From an uncultured Pseudomonadota bacterium (GTDB lineage: Bacteria; Pseudomonadota; Gammaproteobacteria; Steroidobacterales; Steroidobacteraceae): 64,000 nucleotides of DNA. Of the stretch, positions 1 to 11,026 are shown in pieces (position 1 is the stretch's first letter; every line of letters begins with the position of its first letter). The stretch covers positions 42,962 through 106,961 of the forward strand of contig CAVQYI010000014.1 in the NCBI GenBank assembly GCA_963718135.1, read 5' to 3'. The position numbers and the translations under genes were made by a program. Under the pieces are notes generated by a model. The model made no database searches. It was not told the DNA's origin and saw nothing but the letters and a program-made list of their open reading frames with translations.

Positions 1-2033
1 TTTTGAGCGCGCGCGCGACTTCGGCGAGATCCTCGATCGGCGGCGAGCACGTCATTCCGGTGCAGACGTAGGCGACGGTGCCGTGCCCGACGCGCTTGTC
101 CGCCAGTGCGCGCGGCAGCCCGGGGGCATCGTCCGGGAATCGCGAACACGAGACGTGACGGTTCGTACAGGCATCCCAACTCGCACGCCCAATGCCGAGC
201 CTCGGCCGCGGCGCCGCGGACGATCACGATTTGCACCGGCGCCAGGTGCCCGTGCAACGCGTTCAACGCGCTCATGTGTTCCATCGGCAGCTGCGTCATC
301 ATCGGCAGGGCGGCGGTCAGCGTGCGGCGCGCGGCATCCAGGTAGCGGGGTTCGCCGAGCAGGTATCCGAGCCGGTCGAGCACGCCGGCGGCGACCGAGT
401 TGCCGGCGGGCAGGGACTCGTCGCCGAAGCTCTTGCTGCGGTGGATCAGCCGCTCATGGTCGGATGCCGTGAAGAAAAAGCCGCCGACATCGCGATCCGC
501 GAATTTCGCGAGCAGGACCTCGACCAGTTGCACGAGGAACTCCAAGTCCCGCGTACGCCATCGGGTCTGCAAGAGCTCGAGCAGCGCGTCCGCGAGGAAC
601 GCGTAGTCGTCGAGATAGGCCGGCAGGCGTGCGCGCCCGTCCTTGTACGCCGCGAGCAAACGGCCGTCCTGCCACAGGCGGTCGCGGATGAAATCGACGG
701 CTGCCGACGCCCGCTCGCCGAGGTCGGGCCGGCGCAGCGCCCGCGCGGCGATCGCGAGGCCCTTGATCATGAGCCCGTTCCACGCGGTGAGAACCTTCTC
801 GTCGCACGCGGGCCGCACGCGCGTATCGCGCCTGGCCAAGAGCCGCGCACGGGCGCCGTCGATCATCGCTTCGACCTGTGTCTCGGTCGAACGCGCACGG
901 GCCGCGCGCAAGTGCCAGGCGCCGTCGAAATTCGGCGCATCGTCCATGCCGAAGCGTGCGGCGAACGCGGCGTACTCGTCCGCGTTCAGGATGCCCCGGA
1001 CCTCGGCCGCGTCCCAAAGGTAGAATTTTCCTTCCCGGCCCTCGCTATCGGCGTCCAAGCTCGAATAGAACCCGCCTTCCGGCGAGCGCATCTCACGCAC
1101 GGCCCAATCCGCGGTTTCGGCCGCGACCGCGTGCGAACAGCGGTTCGCCGGTCGCGAGGTGCGCCTGCGAATACAGCGCGAGCAGCGTGGCATTGTCGTA
1201 GAGCATCTTTTCGAAATGCGGAATCGCCCATTCGCGATCGACCGAATAGCGGTAGAAGCCGCCGCCCAACTGGTCGTACAGCCCGCCCTCGGCCATGCGC
1301 GTCAGCGTCAACGTCGCGATGAACAAGGCCTTGAGGTCGGGCGCCGCCGCTTCTCCGGTCGAGCGCCAATGGCGCAGCGCGCGCTCGACGGCCGTCGCGT
1401 GCGGGAATTTCGGCGCTTGTCCAAAGCCGCCGAACTCGGCGTCGAACCGCTCCGTCGAGCGCCGCGCGCGCGGCGTCGAGCGGCGAGCGATCGAGCGCCG
1501 CGCCGGGTGGGCCGCCCGCGGGCAGGACCTGTTCGAACGCGTGCCGCAGCGGTTCGGCCTGGGCCTCGATCTGCTGCGCGATGGGCGCGGTAATACTCGG
1601 CGACGCGCGGCAGGAGGTCCCGGAACGACGGCAATCCGTAGTTCGCGTCCTTCGGGAAATACGTGCCGCCGAAGAAGGGCTGCTGACCGCCGGGCGTCAG
1701 GAACATCGTCAACGGCCAGCCGCCGGGCCGCTGTGTGATCAACTGCTGCGCGATCTGGTAGATCTTGTCGAGGTCCGGCCGTTCTTCGCGGTCCACCTTG
1801 ACGTTGACGAACAGCGCATTCATGACGGCCGCGGTATCCGGATCCTCGAAGGATTCATGCGCCATCACGTGGCACCAATGACACGCCGAATAGCCGACGG
1901 ACAGCAGGATCGGCTTGTCCTCGGCGCGCGCGCGCGCGAGCGCCTCCTCGCCCCAGGGGTACCAATCGACCGGGTTGCCGGCATGCTGCTTGAGATACGG
2001 ACTGGTTTCGGCGTCGAGTCGATTGCGCTGCAT
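1..2033 (-). CDS. Thioredoxin-domain (DUF255/YyaL-like) protein. The 3' end runs past the window edge. The frame is broken about 3 times (~1128, ~1455, ~1575).
   Basis: ORF 1308..2033 has the [13 protein letters not shown] thioredoxin-like motif and FFGGTYFP. The continuation was hand-translated on the minus strand in other frames down to base 1: [43 protein letters not shown] (ORF 1093..1326) and [26 protein letters not shown]. Confidence 0.8.
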
Positions 2034-2086
2034 CGGATGCGTCCGCGTCGGGTAGAATGCGCGCGACTATAGCCGAAGTGCCCCTC

Positions 2087-3303
2087 ATGTCAGCGAATGG
2101 AACCGTCGCGCAATTACCCGCATTGCGCCTGAAGCGCAACGAAGACCGCCGACTGCAGGCGGGCCATCTATGGGTATTCAGCAACGAGGTCGACACCGCC
2201 CAGACGCCGCTCGCCGGGTTCCAGGCGGGTGAGATCGTGCGCGTGATGGCGCACAACGACCGCGCGCTGGGATTGGCCTACGTCAATCCGCGATCGCTGA
2301 TTTGCGCGCGCATGCTCGATACCTGGAAAGTCCCCGACGTCTCACTGGTTCGCGGCGCGCTTCCGGCGTGCGCTCGGCCTGCGCGAGCGCCTGTACGCGG
2401 CGCCGTATTATCGTTTGGTATACGGCGAAGCCGACGGGCTCCCGGGCCTCGTCATCGACCGCTTCGACAGGACCTGTGTCGTCCAGATCGGCACCGCGGG
2501 CATGGAGCGCCTGAAGCCGCAGATCCAGCGGGCGCTCGTCGAGGAGTTGCGTCTGCGAGGCGCTATTGTTCAAGAACGACGGCGGCGCGCGCGAATTGGA
2601 AGGTCTGCCGGCTTACGTGGAAGAGGCCGTGGGATCGGTTGCGGATGCGGGGGTCGTCGTCGAGGACGGCCTCGAATTCCAGGTCCCGCTGCGCGAGGGT
2701 CAGAAGACCGGCTGGTTCTTCGATCAGTCGGCGAACCGCCGCGCGCTCGCGAAATATGTCCGCCCGGGCGCGCGGGTTCTCGATGTGTTCAGCTATGTCG
2801 GCGCTTGGGGCGTGCGCGCGGCGCGCGCCGGCGCGGGCGAGGTGCTGTGCGTGGACAGTTCCGCCCAGGCGCTCGAGCTCGCGGAACAGAACGGCAGGCG
2901 CAACGGCCACGCGATCCTGACTCGCAAGGGCGATGCCTTCGACGTGTTGTCGGACGCTCGCCGCGCGGCGCCGCGAAATTCGATCTGGTCGTCGTCGATC
3001 CGCCGGCGTTCGCGAAGCGGAAAAAGGATCTGCCGAAGGCGCAGGCGGCCTACAAGCGCCTGAACCAGCTGGCGATGCAACTGCTCGCCGACGACGGCAT
3101 CCTGGTGTCTTGTTCATGCTCCTACCACTTGAGCGCCGAAGCGCTGCAGGATGCGATCGGCAAGGCGGCGCGAACCGCCGGCAGGCACGTCCAATTGCTG
3201 GAACAGGGCGGGCAGGCTCGCCGATCACCCGGTGCATCCCGCGATACCGGAAACGCGATACTTGAAGGCGTACTATTGCCGCGTAAACGCGCCATTGGCT
3301 TGA
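2087..3303 (+). CDS. rlmI: 23S rRNA m5C1962 methyltransferase RlmI-like (class I SAM-dependent). About 4 frame breaks (~2355, ~2560, ~2960, ~3215).
   Basis: The N-terminus [23 protein letters not shown] is in ORF 2057..2920. [15 protein letters not shown] and [26 protein letters not shown] are in ORF 2415..3338. [25 protein letters not shown] is in ORF 2566..3063. The C-terminus [22 protein letters not shown] was hand-read and ends at TGA 3301-3303. Confidence 0.8.
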
Positions 3304-3349
3304 AAACGGTGTTCTCGCCGGCGAATTCACTGGGTTAAACTTCGAAGAT

Positions 3350-4188
3350 ATGCTCGTCTATCCGCACATCGATCCCATCGCGATCTCCATCGGACCTTTT
3401 TTCGGGGTCGGGCCCCTGCGCGTCCACTGGTACGGAATCATGTACCTCGTCGGCTTCACCGCGGCCTGGACCGCTCGCGCGCTACCGCGCCCGGCGCCCC
3501 GGATCGACGTGGAGCGGACTGGATATCGACGACCTGATCTTCTATTGCGCGATCGGCGTCATCGTCGGCGGCCGCACCGGCTGGTGCATCTTCTACGGCC
3601 ACGACGTGATCTCGGAGAATTGGCTCAACGCGTTCCGCATCTGGGACGGCGGCATGTCGTTTCACGGCGGATTGACCGGCGTGGTCGTCGCAGCGTTCTT
3701 TTTCGCACGCTCGAAAGGCAAGCATGTCGTCGACGTCTTCGATTTCCTGGCGCCGCTGCCGGGCATCGGCCTGATGGCGGGAAGGCTCGGCAATTTCATC
3801 AACGGCGAACTATGGGGAAAGCCGACGGATTTGCCGTGGGCGTTCGGCGTCCCGAACGCGCAGGGTGTGCTGATCGGCAGGCATCCGTCCCAGCTCTACG
3901 AGGCGGCTCTCGAAGGCCTGCTGCTGTTCGTGATCATGTGGACGTTCACCGCGAAGCCGCGGCCGCGATTGGCGCCGAGCGCCCTGTTCATGATCGTTTA
4001 CGGCCTGGCCCGCTTCACCGTGGAGTGGGTGCGCCTGCCGGATGCCGATATCGGCTATCTTGTACGGCGATTGGCTGACGATGGGCATGCTGCTGACGAT
4101 GCCGATGATCGTCATCGGCGCGATCATGATGGTCTACGCGTACCGGCGCAACGCGGTCAGCGGCAATCTGGTCACCGTAAAAAACTAG
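3350..4188 (+). CDS. lgt: Prolipoprotein diacylglyceryl transferase. 2 frame breaks (~3472, ~4065).
   Basis: Motifs [36 protein letters not shown] and SQLYEA are present. The C-terminus [29 protein letters not shown] was hand-read and ends at TAG 4186-4188. Confidence 0.88.
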
Positions 4189-4191
4189 CCC

Positions 4192-4986
4192 ATGCGGCAG
4201 TACCTGGATTTCCTCAGGCATATCAAGAATACGGGCGTAACCAAGAGCGATCGTACCGGAACCGGCACGATCAGCGTGTTCGGCTATCAGATGCGTTTCG
4301 ACCTGGCCGCGGGATTTCCGTTGGTGACCACGAAGAAACTGCATTTGCGCTCGATCGTCCACGAGCTGCTGTGGTTCCTGAGCGGCGATACGAACGTCCG
4401 CTACCTGCGCGACCACGGCGTCACAATCTGGGACGAGTGGGCGGACGGGAACGGGGATCTCGGTCCCGTCTACGGCAAGCAATGGCGCGACTGGCCGACG
4501 GCGGACGGCCGGCACATCGACCAAATCGCGAACGTCGTCCGGCAGCTGAAGTCGAATCCGGACTCGCGGCGCCTTCTGGTCAGCGCCTGGAACGTCGGCG
4601 AGCTGGACCAGATGGCCCTCCTTCCTTGCCACGCGCTGTTCCAGTTCTACGTCGCGCACGGCAGGCTCTCGTGCCAACTCTATCAGCGCAGCGCCGATGC
4701 GTTCCTGGGCGTCCCGTTCAACATCGCATCCTATGCGCTGTTGACGCACCTGCTCGCACAACAATGCGGCTATGAGCCGGGCGATTTCATCTGGTCGGGC
4801 GGCGACTGTCATCTGTACCTGAATCACCTGGCGCAAGCCGACACGCAGCTCGGCCGTGAGCCGTACCCGCTGCCGACGTTGAAGATCGGCCGCAAACCGC
4901 CGAGCGTTTTCGATTATGCGTTCGACGATTTCTCAATCCTGGATTACCGATGCCACCCCGCGATAAAAGCACCAATAGCCGTTTGA
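4192..4986 (+). CDS. thyA: Thymidylate synthase (ThyA type), intact
   Basis: 264 aa with [31 protein letters not shown] and [19 protein letters not shown]. Confidence 0.97.
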   Translation: MRQYLDFLRHIKNTGVTKSDRTGTGTISVFGYQMRFDLAAGFPLVTTKKLHLRSIVHELLWFLSGDTNVRYLRDHGVTIWDEWADGNGDLGPVYGKQWRDWPTADGRHIDQIANVVRQLKSNPDSRRLLVSAWNVGELDQMALLPCHALFQFYVAHGRLSCQLYQRSADAFLGVPFNIASYALLTHLLAQQCGYEPGDFIWSGGDCHLYLNHLAQADTQLGREPYPLPTLKIGRKPPSVFDYAFDDFSILDYRCHPAIKAPIAV

Positions 4987-5009
4987 CGAAGGGCGCGCGC
5001 CGCGCGCCG

Positions 5010-5519
5010 ATGATCGAAGTGAGGCATTCGCCGATTCACGGATTCGGCGTGTTCGCCCTGCGCCGGATCCGCAAGGGCACCGCGATCATCGAATATCTCG
5101 GCGAGCGGGTCAGCCACGCCGCGGCCGACGCACGCTACGAGGACAAGGCCGCGGACGACAACCACACCTTCCTGTTCACCGTGGATTCGAAGACCGTCAT
5201 CGACGGCGGCGTCGGCGGCAACGAGGCTCGGTACATCAATCACGGCTGCGAGCCGAATTGCGAAAGCGCGATGATCGGCAAACGAATCTTCATCGAGGCG
5301 CTACGCACGATCCAACGAGGCGATGAGCTCTCCTACGACTACCAGATCGGGCGGGACGCGGACGATGCGCCGAATGTCGACGAGATATTCGCCTGTCGCT
5401 GCGGCGCGAAAAATTGCCGTGGCAGCATGCTCGTGCCGGTCAAGGCGCCGCGCAAGCGGCCCGCACGCCGAACGGCCGGGCGCGCGCGGCGCACGGCGCG
5501 CAAGCCGCGGGCGCGGTGA
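5010..5519 (+). CDS. SET-domain protein (putative protein-lysine methyltransferase) with a post-SET Cys motif and a polybasic C-terminal tail
   Basis: Carries GFGVFA, GTAIIEYLGE, RYINHGCEPNC, GDELSYDY and CRCGAKNCRG, followed by KAPRKRPARRTAGRARRTARKPRAR. The in-frame ATG at 5010 lies just after the thyA stop. The ORF track opens at 4950. Confidence 0.8.
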   Translation: MIEVRHSPIHGFGVFALRRIRKGTAIIEYLGERVSHAAADARYEDKAADDNHTFLFTVDSKTVIDGGVGGNEARYINHGCEPNCESAMIGKRIFIEALRTIQRGDELSYDYQIGRDADDAPNVDEIFACRCGAKNCRGSMLVPVKAPRKRPARRTAGRARRTARKPRAR

Positions 5520-5716
5520 CTCGCTGATCGGCGCCATGCGCCGGCATCGTGCGCGCGCGCGCCGGCCATGCGCCGAGAGGTGGCACGGCGGCGCGGGAAG
5601 CGGCCCGAAATGAGCGGGCAATCGCCGAATCTGGCCCGTGGCACGGTATTTGCTTGTAATATGTCGATAGTTCCGCCGTGGGGTATGCTGGTCCCCGATA
5701 ACGCGTTGGTCGACCT

Positions 5717-6607
5717 ATGCGCTTGCCGTCGCTCAAATTTCTGAAGACCTTCCAGGTCGCGGCCAAGCTCCAAAGCTTCAAGGCCGCTGCGGACGAATTG
5801 TTCGTCACGCCGTCGGCCGTCAGCCATCAGATCAAGGCGCTCGAGGAGCAGGTCGGGGTGACGCTGTTCGAACGGGGCGCGCGCGGCGTGCGAACGCTCG
5901 CGCTCACCGATGCGGGCGCGCATTATCTCGAGCACCTCAACGATATTTTCTCCAAGCTCGAGAGCGTCACGGAGCAACTCCAGATCCGCTACGGCCGAAC
6001 GATCATCCGCCTGAACGTGCCTTCGTTCTTCGCGAACGAGATGTTGCTGCCGCGGCTGGCCTCGTTCTCCCAGGCGCGCGAGGAGACGGACATCCGCATC
6101 GAGACCACGTTCTCCGCGCCGAAGACGCACCCGCCGGAGGCCGATCTGTCGATCGTCGTCGGATCGGGACCGTGGGAGGGCCTGACCGTACACGAACTGT
6201 TTGCGCAAAGCTTCATCGTCGCCTGTTCGCCCTCGTTCCTGCTCGACAACCCGATCGACCGGTACGAGGATCTGAACGGCAAAACGCTCCTCGTGCACGA
6301 GGAGCGGCGCGAGGCCTGGGAACGATGGGCGCTCGGCTTGGGATTGGAGCCGATCAAGCCGAATCGGCTCGTGCGCCTCGACACGATGTCCGCGGTCGTC
6401 CTCGCGGCCGAGCAGGGCGTCGGCGTCGCGCTCGTGCCGGCGCGGTTGAGCGCCGACCGGTTCGCCGCCGGCGGATTGATCAAGCTGTTCGACGCCGAGC
6501 TTGCGACGAACGAGAGCTACGTGATCCTGCATCGGCCCGAAGATCGCGAGCGCGAGGACTTGCAGGAATTCACGCGCTGGATCGTGAAAGAGTGCCGCGT
6601 CGCCTGA
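5717..6607 (+). CDS. LysR-family transcriptional regulator (GcvA-like subgroup)
   Basis: N-terminal HTH LKTFQVAAKLQSFKAAADELFVTPSAVSHQIKALEEQVG followed by a LysR substrate-binding-like C-terminal half. 296 aa, intact. Confidence 0.85.
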   Translation: MRLPSLKFLKTFQVAAKLQSFKAAADELFVTPSAVSHQIKALEEQVGVTLFERGARGVRTLALTDAGAHYLEHLNDIFSKLESVTEQLQIRYGRTIIRLNVPSFFANEMLLPRLASFSQAREETDIRIETTFSAPKTHPPEADLSIVVGSGPWEGLTVHELFAQSFIVACSPSFLLDNPIDRYEDLNGKTLLVHEERREAWERWALGLGLEPIKPNRLVRLDTMSAVVLAAEQGVGVALVPARLSADRFAAGGLIKLFDAELATNESYVILHRPEDREREDLQEFTRWIVKECRVA

Positions 6608-6663
6608 GGCGCGGCGATCGCGCGGGCCACCTGCCGCACGAGCCCGCGCCGCGCGCGGCGGCG

Positions 6664-7146
6664 ATGGAGTTCGTCGTCGCGGTCGCCGAGAACGACGTCA
6701 TCGGCCGGGACAATCGGTTGCCCTGGAGGCTGCCCGCCGATTTACGGCGGTTCAAGGCGATCACGCTCGGCCACAACGTGCTCATGGGCCGCAAGACGCA
6801 CGAATCGATCGGGCGGGCGCTGCCCGGCCGGCGCAACCTCATATTGACGCGGCAGGCCGGCTTTGCCGCGCCGGACTGCCTCACGGTCGCGACGATCGAG
6901 GAGGCGGTGCGCGCGGCGCAGGCGGACCGCGCGATCATGGTCATCGGCGGCGGCGAAGTCTATCGGCTTTGCCTGCCGTTCGTGACGCGCATCCACCTGA
7001 CCCTGGTCCACACGCGCGTCGAGGGCGGCGATGCGTATTTCAAGGATTGGCGCGACGCCGCGTGGCGCGAATCGGCGCGGGAGCGCCACGCGGCCGACGC
7101 CGCCCACGCGTTCGACTACAGCTTCATCACGCTCGACAGGTCCTGA
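6664..7146 (+). CDS. folA: Dihydrofolate reductase
   Basis: Internal ATG of ORF 6172..7146. The protein reads MEFVVAVAENDVIGRDNRLPWRLPADLRRFKAITLGHNVLMGRKT..VIGGGEVY. Confidence 0.92.
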   Translation: MEFVVAVAENDVIGRDNRLPWRLPADLRRFKAITLGHNVLMGRKTHESIGRALPGRRNLILTRQAGFAAPDCLTVATIEEAVRAAQADRAIMVIGGGEVYRLCLPFVTRIHLTLVHTRVEGGDAYFKDWRDAAWRESARERHAADAAHAFDYSFITLDRS

Positions 7147-8507
7147 TCGAGCGGCGGCAAGCGCGCCCCGATCTCGCGGCGCGCCAGATCGAAGTCGATT
7201 TCCCCGAGGCTCGACGCGCTCGCGGTCAAATCGGCGAGCAGGCGGCTCTGAACGCGGCCGCGCGCCTGCGCGACGCGATAGGGAATCTCATCGTGAAACA
7301 TCACCATCGAATAGCGCGATATGAAGCGCTCGGGGTGACGGCGTTCGAGTTCCCGCGACAACGCGGTTTGCAGCTGAAATTTCGGATCCGCGACCCGCTC
7401 GCGCATTTCCCGGTAATTATCGAGGGCCATCTCGGCGATCGCGTCCGTATCGGCCTTGCGCGCCGTGAAAAAATCCGCGAATCGGTCCTCCCAGGTCGAC
7501 TCGCCGCGCGACGCACGCATCGAAATACAGGCAATCCTCGAAGCAGGCATTCATGCCCTGACCGTGGAACGGCACGATCGCGTGCGCGCTGTCGCCGATG
7601 AGCGCGGCGATCCCGCGGACGCTCCAGGGTTCGGCATGGACGGTGCCGAGAAATCCGGTCGGGTGGGCCGCGAACTCCCGCAAACGGTTCGGCATCAGCT
7701 CGACGACGTCCGGAAAATTCGCGCGCAGGAATCGCTCCACGCGGTCGGGATCGGTCAAGCCCGCAAAGCCGTCCGGGCCGCTCTTCGGCAGGAACAGGGT
7801 CGCCGTGAAGCTGCCGTCGACATTCGGCAGCGCGATCAGCATGTAGCCGCCGCGCGGCCAAACGTGCAGCGCGTCGCGCTCCATGAGGTATTCACCGGCG
7901 GGTCCCGGCGGGGATCGATAATTCCTTGTAGCCGTGTTCGAGGTCTTGTTCGCGCGCTTCGATCAAGCGCGCGTCGCGCATGTCGCGGCGCATGCGCGAG
8001 CCGGCGCCGTCGCTCGCGACGAGCGGCCGCATGGGCACGGGCACGAGGCGGTCCGCGCGCAAGTCGCGTACCCAGGCGATTTCCTCGTCGAAGTCGGCCG
8101 ATTCCAGGCGATGGTCGAAATGCACGTCGACGCCGTGGCGCCGCACGGCGATGTCCAGCAACGCACGATTCAGCCGATGTCGCGAAATCGAGTAAATCAC
8201 TTCCTCCGGACGGACACCGTAGGGATGCAGCGACGTCCCGCCTTCGCGGTCGTGAATGAGTCTGCCGCGCATCGGCACGCACTCGGCGGCGATCTCCTCG
8301 TAGACCCCGGCGCGCTTCAACGCATTGATGCCGCGCGCGGCCAAAGCCAGGTTGATCGATCGGCCCGACGGCGCGAGCTCGCCGCGCGGATCGGCTCCGG
8401 CCTCGTAGACCGAGACGTCGAAGCCGCGGCGGCGCAGGAGAATCGCGAGCATCGCGCCCGTGGGACCCGCGCCGACCAAGCCGACGGAGGCCGCGATCGG
8501 CGCTCAT
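7116..8507 (-). CDS. kmo: Kynurenine 3-monooxygenase. About 3 frame breaks (~7495, ~7900, ~8490).
   Basis: The FAD-binding N-terminus LVGAGPTGAMLAILLRRRGFDVSVYE is in ORF 7892..8479. GDSAHAIVPFHGQGMNACFEDC is in ORF 7417..7884. The C-terminus is ORF 7116..7550. The ATG at 8505-8507 overlaps the kynU stop (ATGA). Confidence 0.82.
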
Positions 8508-9775
8508 GGCTGCGCGGCTCGCGCGAGCGCCTCGGCGGCGCGAAAAACGTCCGCGAAGGAGTTGTACGACGGCACCGGCGCCAAGCGCAATATTTCGGGT
8601 TCCCGCCAGTCGCCGACGACGCCGGCGGCCGTCAGGCGTTCGAAACAGCGCCTGCCGCCCCGCGGCACGCGCAAGCTCAATTGGCAGCCGCGGTCCGCCG
8701 CCGTCGCCGGCGTCAGAATCTCGACGAGTCCCGGCGCCAGGGCTTCGATCGATCGGTGCAGGAATTCGGTCAGCGCGACGGACTTGGCGCGCAAGCGCCG
8801 AAGATCGGCGCGCCGGAAGATTTCGAGCGACGCCAGCAGCGGCGCCGCCGACAATACGGGCGGGTTGCTGATTTGCCAGCCTTCCGCGCCGGCGATCGGA
8901 TGAAACTCCGGGCCCATCGCGAACCGCGTTTTTTTCTCGTGGCCCCACCAACCCGCGAATCGCGGCAGCGCGTAGTCGGTCGCGTGGCGTTCATGGACGA
9001 AGCAGCCGCCGATCGCGCCGGGGCCGCCATTCAAGTATTTATATCCGCACCAAACGGCAAAGTCCGCGCTCCAATCGTGAAGATGCAACAGGGTGTTGCC
9101 GACCGCGTGCGCAAGATCGAGGCCGACGACGGCGCCGGCTTTGCGCGCGGCGGCGATCACGGGATCAAGGTCCAAGGCCTGACCGCTCTGATATTGAACG
9201 CCGGGCAGCAAGACGAGCGCGAGCGTCGGCCCGGCCTTGGAAATGCCGTCGACCAGGTCCTCCGTGCGCAAGTGCCATTCGCCGGGCCTCGGCGCTATTT
9301 CGATCAAGCGGCTCCCGGGGTCCAGCCCGTGGAAGGCGAGTTGGGAGGCAATCGCGTATCGATCCGACGGAAACGCCGATTTTTCGATCAACACGCAATC
9401 TCGCGCGCCCGACGGGCGGAAGAAACTGACCATCATCAGGTGCAAATTCACGGTCAGCGAGTTCATCGCGACGACTTCGGCCGGCGCGGCGCCGATCAAT
9501 TCGGCGAGCGGGACGGCAAGGTGTTCGTGATAGCCGATCCAGGGGCGCTTCGCCGCGTGATGGCCGCGCACCGCAAGCGCGCTCCAGTCGGCCAACTCTT
9601 GCTCGACGAATCCGGCGGCCGATTTCGGCTGCAGCCCGAGGGAGTGGCCGCACAAATAGATCAGCTTGCGGCCGGCGCCGTCGATCGGATGATGAAATTC
9701 GTCGGCGAAGCCGGCGAGGACGTCGCGCGAGTCCTCGAAATGCGCCCGCGCCGCCGTGAATTCTTGGTTCAGCAC
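8504..9775 (-). CDS. kynU: Kynureninase, intact
   Basis: 423 aa with YLCGHSLG, DFAVWCGYKYLNGGPGAIGG and FAGWWGH. Confidence 0.93.
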   Translation of the reverse strand: MLNQEFTAARAHFEDSRDVLAGFADEFHHPIDGAGRKLIYLCGHSLGLQPKSAAGFVEQELADWSALAVRGHHAAKRPWIGYHEHLAVPLAELIGAAPAEVVAMNSLTVNLHLMMVSFFRPSGARDCVLIEKSAFPSDRYAIASQLAFHGLDPGSRLIEIAPRPGEWHLRTEDLVDGISKAGPTLALVLLPGVQYQSGQALDLDPVIAAARKAGAVVGLDLAHAVGNTLLHLHDWSADFAVWCGYKYLNGGPGAIGGCFVHERHATDYALPRFAGWWGHEKKTRFAMGPEFHPIAGAEGWQISNPPVLSAAPLLASLEIFRRADLRRLRAKSVALTEFLHRSIEALAPGLVEILTPATAADRGCQLSLRVPRGGRRCFERLTAAGVVGDWREPEILRLAPVPSYNSFADVFRAAEALARAAQP

Positions 9776-9794
9776 TTCGCGATCGCCGCGGCGG

Positions 9795-10319
9795 TCAGCC
9801 GCCCGGGGCTGCCATCACGGCGCCGCAAGCGCGGCAGGTGCGTTGTTGAATGTTCGAATAGAATCGGGAAAATATGATCGGTAGTTGACGTTCGATATCC
9901 GCCACGGCGACACGCTCCATATGCAGACATTGACCGCAGTTCTCGCAATACCAGGAAAATCCGTCCAATTCATCGGCGCGCCGCAGGCGCTCCACGACGA
10001 TTCCAACCGTGCCGGCGGGCCGCTGCGGCGAGTGAGGCACCTCGGCGGGCAACAGAAAGATGTCGCCTTCGCGGATCGCCACGTCGGTCATCCGCCCGTC
10101 CTGGATCGTCTTCAGTACGATATCGCCGTGAACCTGGTAGAAGATCTCCTCGCCCGGGTCGTGGTGAAAGTCCTTCCGGGAATTCGGCCCGCCGACCGCC
10201 ATGACGATGAATTCGCTGTCGCGGAACAACAGCTTGTTGCCGACGGGCGGCTTCAATGAGTCGCGATTTTCCGCGATCCACCGATCGAGATTGAATGGGG
10301 CGGGAATTGGCATGCGCAC
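9795..10319 (-). CDS. nbaC: 3-hydroxyanthranilate 3,4-dioxygenase (cupin)
   Basis: 174 aa with DFHHDPGEEIFYQVHGDIVL, PAEVPHSPQR and the C-terminal Cys pairs CENC..CRAC. Confidence 0.9.
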   Translation of the reverse strand: MRMPIPAPFNLDRWIAENRDSLKPPVGNKLLFRDSEFIVMAVGGPNSRKDFHHDPGEEIFYQVHGDIVLKTIQDGRMTDVAIREGDIFLLPAEVPHSPQRPAGTVGIVVERLRRADELDGFSWYCENCGQCLHMERVAVADIERQLPIIFSRFYSNIQQRTCRACGAVMAAPGG

Positions 10320-10399
10320 ATTATACCGGCGGCGCGAAACTTAGGCGCCGCCGGCGCGGTCTGAATGCTTACGGGGTTGCCATTACTGCCATCGCGCCA

Positions 10400-11011
10400 A
10401 TGAGGTTGATTATGCGGTTCAAGGGGTTGGAAGCGGGCCTTTGCCTGCTCGCGGCGCTCGCCGTGGGGCCGGCATGTGCGGCGTCCGGCGTACCGATGCC
10501 GGCCGTGTGGAAGGAACACCACGTCAATTTCGTCTACCTGGGCCGCACGTCGCGCTATTCCTGCGATGGATTGAGCGACAAGGTGCGCGCGCTGTTGATG
10601 GATCTCGGCGCCAGGCGGGACTTGCGGATCGTCGCCGTCGGCTGCGCGGAATTCGGGCGGCCGCCCGGTCCGAATTCTCTCAGCCCCAGTCTCGATATTC
10701 GGTTCTCCGCGCCCGCGGTACCGGACCCGGCCGCGAAGCCGCTGCACGCCGGGGACCTCGCGCCGATGGATGCCCGATTCGAGCCGTTCTCGATCGCGCC
10801 CGATGCCTTTCGCAACATGGGGATGGGCGATTGCGAATTGGTCGAGGAGTTTGCGCGGCAGATCTTGCCGAAACTCACGACGCGCGACTTGAAACAGGAC
10901 ATCACCTGCGTGCCGTACCAATTGAGCGGCAGTCGCTACATCGTTCGCGGCCAAATTCTCCGGGCGCTTCCGCCCGCCGAGCAGTCCGCGCTGAGAAAGA
11001 CCGCGCCCTGA
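10400..11011 (+). CDS. Hypothetical secreted protein (signal peptide, several Cys)
   Basis: The in-frame ATG at 10400 gives MRLIMRFKGLEAGLCLLAALAVGPACAASG. I recognise no family motif. Confidence 0.5.
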   Translation: MRLIMRFKGLEAGLCLLAALAVGPACAASGVPMPAVWKEHHVNFVYLGRTSRYSCDGLSDKVRALLMDLGARRDLRIVAVGCAEFGRPPGPNSLSPSLDIRFSAPAVPDPAAKPLHAGDLAPMDARFEPFSIAPDAFRNMGMGDCELVEEFARQILPKLTTRDLKQDITCVPYQLSGSRYIVRGQILRALPPAEQSALRKTAP

Positions 11012-11026
11012 CGCGCCCGCGGGCGC

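Noticed and set aside
7934-9877. Very long ORFs antisense to annotated genes: 7934..9877 (647 aa), 31578..33503, 33380..35263, 16454..18070, 27162..28775, 5339..6532, 19559..21007, 41216..42967 and 192..1322.
   Set aside because: All are Arg/Ala/Gly/Pro-rich low-complexity translations with no recognisable motifs. Each lies exactly opposite a gene with strong family signatures. This is typical of stop-codon-poor antisense frames in high-GC DNA.
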